Positions 6,765 through 10,865 of a DNA stretch of 10,865 bases are shown here, one piece after another; position 1 is the first letter of the stretch; each line of letters starts with the position of its first letter. Origin of the DNA: Methanothrix sp. (GTDB lineage Archaea; Halobacteriota; Methanosarcinia; Methanotrichales; Methanotrichaceae); assembly GCA_037128175.1 (NCBI GenBank), contig JBAXWY010000065.1, forward strand, positions 1-10,865, given 5' to 3'. The notes under the pieces are model-generated. The model did not search any database. It saw only the letters and a list, made by a program, of their open reading frames with translations, and was not told where the DNA came from. A program made the position numbers and the translations under genes.

Positions 6765-9700
6765 TTGAGAGGAAAAAACGAAATTCGGATCACCTTTCTC
6801 GTGGGTACATTAGTCCTTCTATTAGTTGCATCCACGAGTGCATTTTCGCCTATTAATTATGTTGAAAATCCACATCTAGCCACGATTTCAAATGCTTCGA
6901 TACCCATAACGGCAGCAGAAGCGGCTATCGTGGCAAACACCAGTATAGATGCCATAGACGTTAACATCTCTAAAGAGAAAACGGTCATAGCTTATGGTGG
7001 ACCAAGACCAAGCGATAATATCACATTTAGCAGCATCTCAGGTCCAACCCAGATTGAAAATTGTGGTTCAGTACAAAGTACGTGGCCGCCAACAGATTAC
7101 GTTCTTCTGCCCCCAGGATCTCAAGATTCCGAAGCTTACCATGTAGCTGTAATTGGAGATTCGGTAGCTTGGGGCAATGGATTGTGCCAAGAGAATAAGT
7201 ATTACTATCTAGTTGCTGATTGGCTTCGAAAAGTTCGAAACCAAGCAGTAGAGGTGAAGGTTTACGCGCATTCTGGGGCAACTATAGTTGAGAAATCTGA
7301 AGCAACTACAGTTGGGGAAACTTGTGAAAACATCGATCCAGCCTTTAGTAGTGGGTGCCCCACTTTAATGGATCAGGCAAATAGCATCGAAAATGCAGCC
7401 GATGTAGATCTTATTTTGGTGTCTGGTGGGGGAAATGATGTGGGTGTCATGAAAATACTAAATTATAATACACCGACTGATGAAATCCACACCGACTGTA
7501 CGAAGATCCAAGAATCTATGAAGAATTTGCTAAATGATCTATTGATTAGGAGTCCAAATGCTAAAATCATAGTAACAAATTATTACCCACTAGTTTCCTC
7601 TGATACGATTCAGAACGTTCTTGCTGCATTTGATTTCGCAAAACTGTTACCTGGCTTTTGGACTGCATTCGGTCTTGGACCTGTTGAATTTATATCAACA
7701 TTTACATATATTAACAAGGTAAAGGAAAATTCAGATACCTTTTATCAAGCTTCAACGGACAGTTTAAGAAATGCTGTAACGCAAGCAAATAACGGCGCAA
7801 ATCGTATCTCACTTGCTGAAACAAATTTTAAGTCCAACAATTGTTATGGTGCAATTGAAACATGGTTATGGGAGTTAATCAGCTTAGGCCCACCACCGAA
7901 AACAGATGACGATATGTATGACTATCGCAATCTATATTGTTCTAATGATATAGATAGAATTAATGCGATAGGTCATCCAAACCAAGGTGGCGCAAAAGAG
8001 TATGCTCGTGCGATAGAGGCGGTCATAACCGGAGATAAAAAGCTGCCGGAGTACGTTGCTCTACGCGCTAACAATGGCCAATATGTCTCTGCAGAGAATG
8101 GTGGCGGCGATAAGGTCATGGCTAACCGCGATCAAAGACTTGGTTGGGAGACATTCAAGCTCATAAATCTAGGCAATAACTACGTCGCTCTTCAAGCATT
8201 TAATGGCCAATATCTTTGTGCAGAAGGGGGCGGTGGAAAGGAGATCAAGGCAAACCGGATTTGGATAAATGATTGGGAGAAATTTGTACTCGTCGAGCTA
8301 GGAAATGAAAATGTTGCTCTCTGCGCTAATAACGGCCAGTATCTTTGTGCTGAAGGTAGTGGTGGCAGAGAAGTAGTGGCTAACCGCAACGCTGTAGACG
8401 CATGGGAGACATTCAAGCTCATGAATCTAGAAAGAGTTGTAGCTCTGCAAGCTGCAGTCAACAACAAGTATGTTAGCGCTGAGAACGGCGGCAACGATCC
8501 ATTGATAGCTAACCGCGATTGGATTCAAGGATGGGAAACTTTTAGACTCATCGATCTAGGGAACAATAACGTGGCCCTCAAGGCCGATGCTAATGAAAAG
8601 ATCGTTTGCGCAGAGACTGCGGGCCTACAACCATTGAAAGCCAACCGTGATGCTATAGGCGCATGGGAGACGTTCAAACTTGTCTCTCTGAGCAAAGTTG
8701 CCTTCCAAGCCTCTAACGGCCAGTATCTTTGTGTCGAAGGTGGCAAGGGTTATGCGGTCGCAGCTAACGGCAACTCGATAGATGTCTGGGAGACGTTCAA
8801 ACTCATCGACCTGGGTAACAATGAGGTAGCTCTTCAAGCCGCTAATGGGCAATATCTGTGTGCAGAAGGCAGCGGTGGCGGAGCCGTCCTAGCTAACCGC
8901 GATAAAATAAATGCATGGGAGACGTTCAAACTCATCGACCTGGGTAACAATGAGGTAGCTCTTAAGGCCGCTAATGGGCAATATCTGTGTGCAGAAGGCA
9001 GCGGTGGCGGAGCCGTCCTGGCTAACCGCGATAAAATAAATGCATGGGAGACGTTCAAACTCATCGATCTCGGGGACAATTACATGGCCATTAAGGCCGC
9101 GGCTAACAACAAGTACGTTTGCGCCGATAAGGCTGGCCAAGATCCATTGATAGCCAACCGCGACGACCCCAAGGATTGGGAGACCTTTAAGCTCATCGAT
9201 CTTTCGGCTGATGTTTGCCTCCAAGGATGTAAGTATTCCACCATCCAAGCCGCGGTAGATGCTGCGAACCCCGGTGACACAATCAACGTGGCTGATGGCA
9301 CCTATAAGGAAAACGTGCATATCGACAAGTCGTTGACGATAAAAGGGGCTGGAGCAGACAAGACCATTGTTGATGGCAATCAAGCCGACTCGGTATTTAG
9401 CATCGGTAAGCTTGATTCAAACATTGACGTCTACCTAAGTAATATGCTTATCCGCGGAGGGTCAGGAGTTTCCGAATGTGGTGGAATCCTCAATTATGGT
9501 AAGCTGACCGTGGAAGACTGCACCATCTCAGGTAATGTGTATGATGGTATCGAAAGTCGGGGGGCTGGTGCGGTTACTATGAAAGATACCACCGTATCTG
9601 GAAACTTCGGCCACGGCATACTGAACAATAATAACGGCCCCGGCGTCTTCACAATGGAGAGTGGAACTATTTCAGGGAACACAAATGGCGGTGTGGAAAA

Positions 9701-10205
9701 CTATGGCACCTTCGTAATGAACGGAGGAACCATCTCAGGAAACAGCGCAAATCATGACGGCGGCGGCGTAATGAACAATTTTGGCACTTTCACGATGAAT
9801 GGTGGAACCATCTCAGGGAATAGCGCGAAATATGATGGTGGCGGCGTGGAAAACATGGCATCATTCACGATTAATGGTGGAACCATCTCAGGAAACAGCG
9901 CAAATAATAACGGCGGCGGCATAGATAGCCAAGGGCATTTATTTGTAAGTGGGAAGAGCCAAATAATTAACAATCAGGCTAAATCTGGCTATGGCGGTGG
10001 GATATATACTGACCCATATAGCGATCAAATGATTATTACATTTGACGGTACAAACGTTGCAGTAAAATACAATAAAGCACACCTGCCTGACACACTTCCA
10101 GCTACGTGGTATAAACAATATGGCGTATACATGAGTAATTATAACCCGACCACGACCAATGGATTCGATCCCGCAACGCAAGTAACAGATAACTCGCTCA
10201 TTTAG
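6765..10205 (+). CDS. Secreted SGNH/GDSL hydrolase (SEST-like) + 9 fascin-like repeats + right-handed parallel beta-helix (pectin-lyase-like fold)
   Basis: Start uncertain: TTG 6765 after GGTGG at 6755-6759 is preferred, and the ORF is open from TTG 6747. Signal peptide ...ITFLVGTLVLLLVASTSA. SGNH blocks: VIGDSVAWG (Ser nt 7161), AHSGA, SGGGNDVG (Asn nt 7434), IGHPN (His nt 7974). Fascin repeats at 8052-~9205. Beta-helix cap YSTIQAAVDAANPGDTINVADGTYKE, then FTMNGGTISGNSA..GGGV.N repeats. Confidence 0.92.
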   Translation: MRGKNEIRITFLVGTLVLLLVASTSAFSPINYVENPHLATISNASIPITAAEAAIVANTSIDAIDVNISKEKTVIAYGGPRPSDNITFSSISGPTQIENCGSVQSTWPPTDYVLLPPGSQDSEAYHVAVIGDSVAWGNGLCQENKYYYLVADWLRKVRNQAVEVKVYAHSGATIVEKSEATTVGETCENIDPAFSSGCPTLMDQANSIENAADVDLILVSGGGNDVGVMKILNYNTPTDEIHTDCTKIQESMKNLLNDLLIRSPNAKIIVTNYYPLVSSDTIQNVLAAFDFAKLLPGFWTAFGLGPVEFISTFTYINKVKENSDTFYQASTDSLRNAVTQANNGANRISLAETNFKSNNCYGAIETWLWELISLGPPPKTDDDMYDYRNLYCSNDIDRINAIGHPNQGGAKEYARAIEAVITGDKKLPEYVALRANNGQYVSAENGGGDKVMANRDQRLGWETFKLINLGNNYVALQAFNGQYLCAEGGGGKEIKANRIWINDWEKFVLVELGNENVALCANNGQYLCAEGSGGREVVANRNAVDAWETFKLMNLERVVALQAAVNNKYVSAENGGNDPLIANRDWIQGWETFRLIDLGNNNVALKADANEKIVCAETAGLQPLKANRDAIGAWETFKLVSLSKVAFQASNGQYLCVEGGKGYAVAANGNSIDVWETFKLIDLGNNEVALQAANGQYLCAEGSGGGAVLANRDKINAWETFKLIDLGNNEVALKAANGQYLCAEGSGGGAVLANRDKINAWETFKLIDLGDNYMAIKAAANNKYVCADKAGQDPLIANRDDPKDWETFKLIDLSADVCLQGCKYSTIQAAVDAANPGDTINVADGTYKENVHIDKSLTIKGAGADKTIVDGNQADSVFSIGKLDSNIDVYLSNMLIRGGSGVSECGGILNYGKLTVEDCTISGNVYDGIESRGAGAVTMKDTTVSGNFGHGILNNNNGPGVFTMESGTISGNTNGGVENYGTFVMNGGTISGNSANHDGGGVMNNFGTFTMNGGTISGNSAKYDGGGVENMASFTINGGTISGNSANNNGGGIDSQGHLFVSGKSQIINNQAKSGYGGGIYTDPYSDQMIITFDGTNVAVKYNKAHLPDTLPATWYKQYGVYMSNYNPTTTNGFDPATQVTDNSLI
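8052..9205 (+). repeat. Nine fascin-like coding repeats, including a near-perfect 129-bp tandem duplication
   Basis: Nine VAL.A..N..Y..AE.......ANR.....WETFKL units. 8787-8915 and 8916-9044 differ at only 3 of 129 nt. Confidence 0.92.
9648..9940 (+). repeat. Beta-helix rung repeats (63-78 bp units)
   Basis: Four units of F.MNGGTISGNSA...GGGV.N type, with recurrent GGAACCATCTCAGG in three of them. Confidence 0.8.
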
Positions 10206-10215
10206 GCTGCTATCA

Positions 10216-10246
10216 AGGGGGGTGGCAGCTTGCCCCCCTGCCCTTT
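10216..10246 (+). terminator. GC-rich hairpin after the last gene
   Basis: AGGGGGG (10216-10222) / CCCCCCT (10233-10239) stem 10 nt after the stop codon, followed by GCCCTTT. Confidence 0.45.
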
Positions 10247-10528
10247 CTGGAACTTTGGGACTTGGGTTTTGAAAGTACATACAACCTGTGACTTATTGTC
10301 CCAAATCTTTGCCATCTCATATCGCCAGGCGATTTTTATAAAGGCAAACTTGAGTTCAAACTCCGGGTATGGTGCGCTACGTAAAAGGCCCTTGCAAGAA
10401 CCGTTATCTGTAGCCTGAATAGACCGATATGAGTAGATCTAACAAGTAGAATTGTGCTCTATTCTGTGGTGTGTGGAATGAGGACTTAGCCCAAAGAGCT
10501 TTTGAGCTGTTTTCATCATGCCGAGCTG

Positions 10529-10552
10529 GTTGTACAATCCGGTGCGTACAAC
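10529..10552. repeat. Short inverted repeat GTTGTAC-N10-GTACAAC
   Basis: Perfect 7-bp arms at 10529-10535 and 10546-10552. Confidence 0.6.
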
Positions 10553-10561
10553 TTGCAATTA

Positions 10562-10605
10562 GTTCTATGGCATTTTTAAATGATTTTATGGAAATGCCAT
10601 AGAAC
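10562..10605. repeat. Perfect 14-bp inverted repeat with 16-bp spacer
   Basis: GTTCTATGGCATTT (10562-10575) / AAATGCCATAGAAC (10592-10605). Confidence 0.9.
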
Positions 10606-10632
10606 CATTTCAGAATAGCAGAGCAACGATCT

Positions 10633-10677
10633 CATAAAATCGATTATGCTGAATGAGATAAATGGAGCTGCGGGCCT
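10633..10677 (+). repeat. 45-bp direct repeat, right copy
   Basis: CATAAAATCGATTATGCTGAATGAGATAAATGGAGCTGCGGGCCT; 43/45 identical to 3489-3533. Confidence 0.95.
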
Positions 10678-10865
10678 GGCCAGTCCTCAAGCCCCATAAC
10701 TCCGACTAATTTGCCTCTCTCCTCCTAATGGCTGGCGTTCTTCTGGAGAGAATAAGGACGAGTCAGGCTATAAGTCTTTGGGAAGCTCAGGATGAATGAA
10801 ATAGGATGCTGTAGGATCTCATGAAAGAGGGATAAGAAGGAGGGAGGAGAAAGTCAATTGGATGT

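Noticed and set aside
8787-9067. Near-identical repeat pair as a diversity-generating retroelement TR/VR
   Set aside because: The copies are adjacent, in frame and differ at only 3 sites, and no reverse transcriptase is present. A simple tandem duplication suffices.
4879-10418. Antisense Pro-rich repeat ORFs (e.g. 4879..5385, 8192..8494, 8834..9079, 9752..9973) and 10230..10418(+)
   Set aside because: The antisense ORFs are translations of Gly-rich fascin and beta-helix repeats. The last ORF starts within a terminator-like hairpin and has no recognisable features.
10711-10857. Imperfect inverted repeat TTGCCTCTCTCCTCC / GGAGGAGAAAGTCAA (13/15) as MITE ends
   Set aside because: Low-complexity purine/pyrimidine tracts, no target-site duplication seen, and too close to the window edge to evaluate.

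Overview
Accessory region of a probable methanogenic archaeon. A Methanothrix/Methanosarcinales-like host is inferred from gene style, BRE/TATA-like promoters and domain families, and is not proven. Four co-oriented + strand genes encode large secreted mosaic proteins: (1) signal peptide + 6 HEAT/PBS-lyase repeats + an uncharacterised HWN/GPW domain + subtilisin-like S8 peptidase + C-terminal beta domains; (2) signal peptide + 2 CnaB/SpaA-like domains + 6 fascin-like beta-trefoil repeats; (3) signal peptide + 7 HEAT repeats only; (4) signal peptide + SGNH hydrolase + 9 fascin-like repeats + right-handed beta-helix. Several features are missing from the ORF track. The 5' end of a probable IS481-family transposase lies at the left edge on the minus strand. 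A frameshifted tyrosine recombinase C-terminal remnant lies at 3502-3858. A 45-bp direct repeat (3489-3533 / 10633-10677) overlaps the start of that remnant and brackets genes 2-4 (about 7.1 kb). Two GTT...AAC inverted repeats sit just inside the right-hand copy of the repeat. No rRNA, tRNA or CRISPR array was seen.
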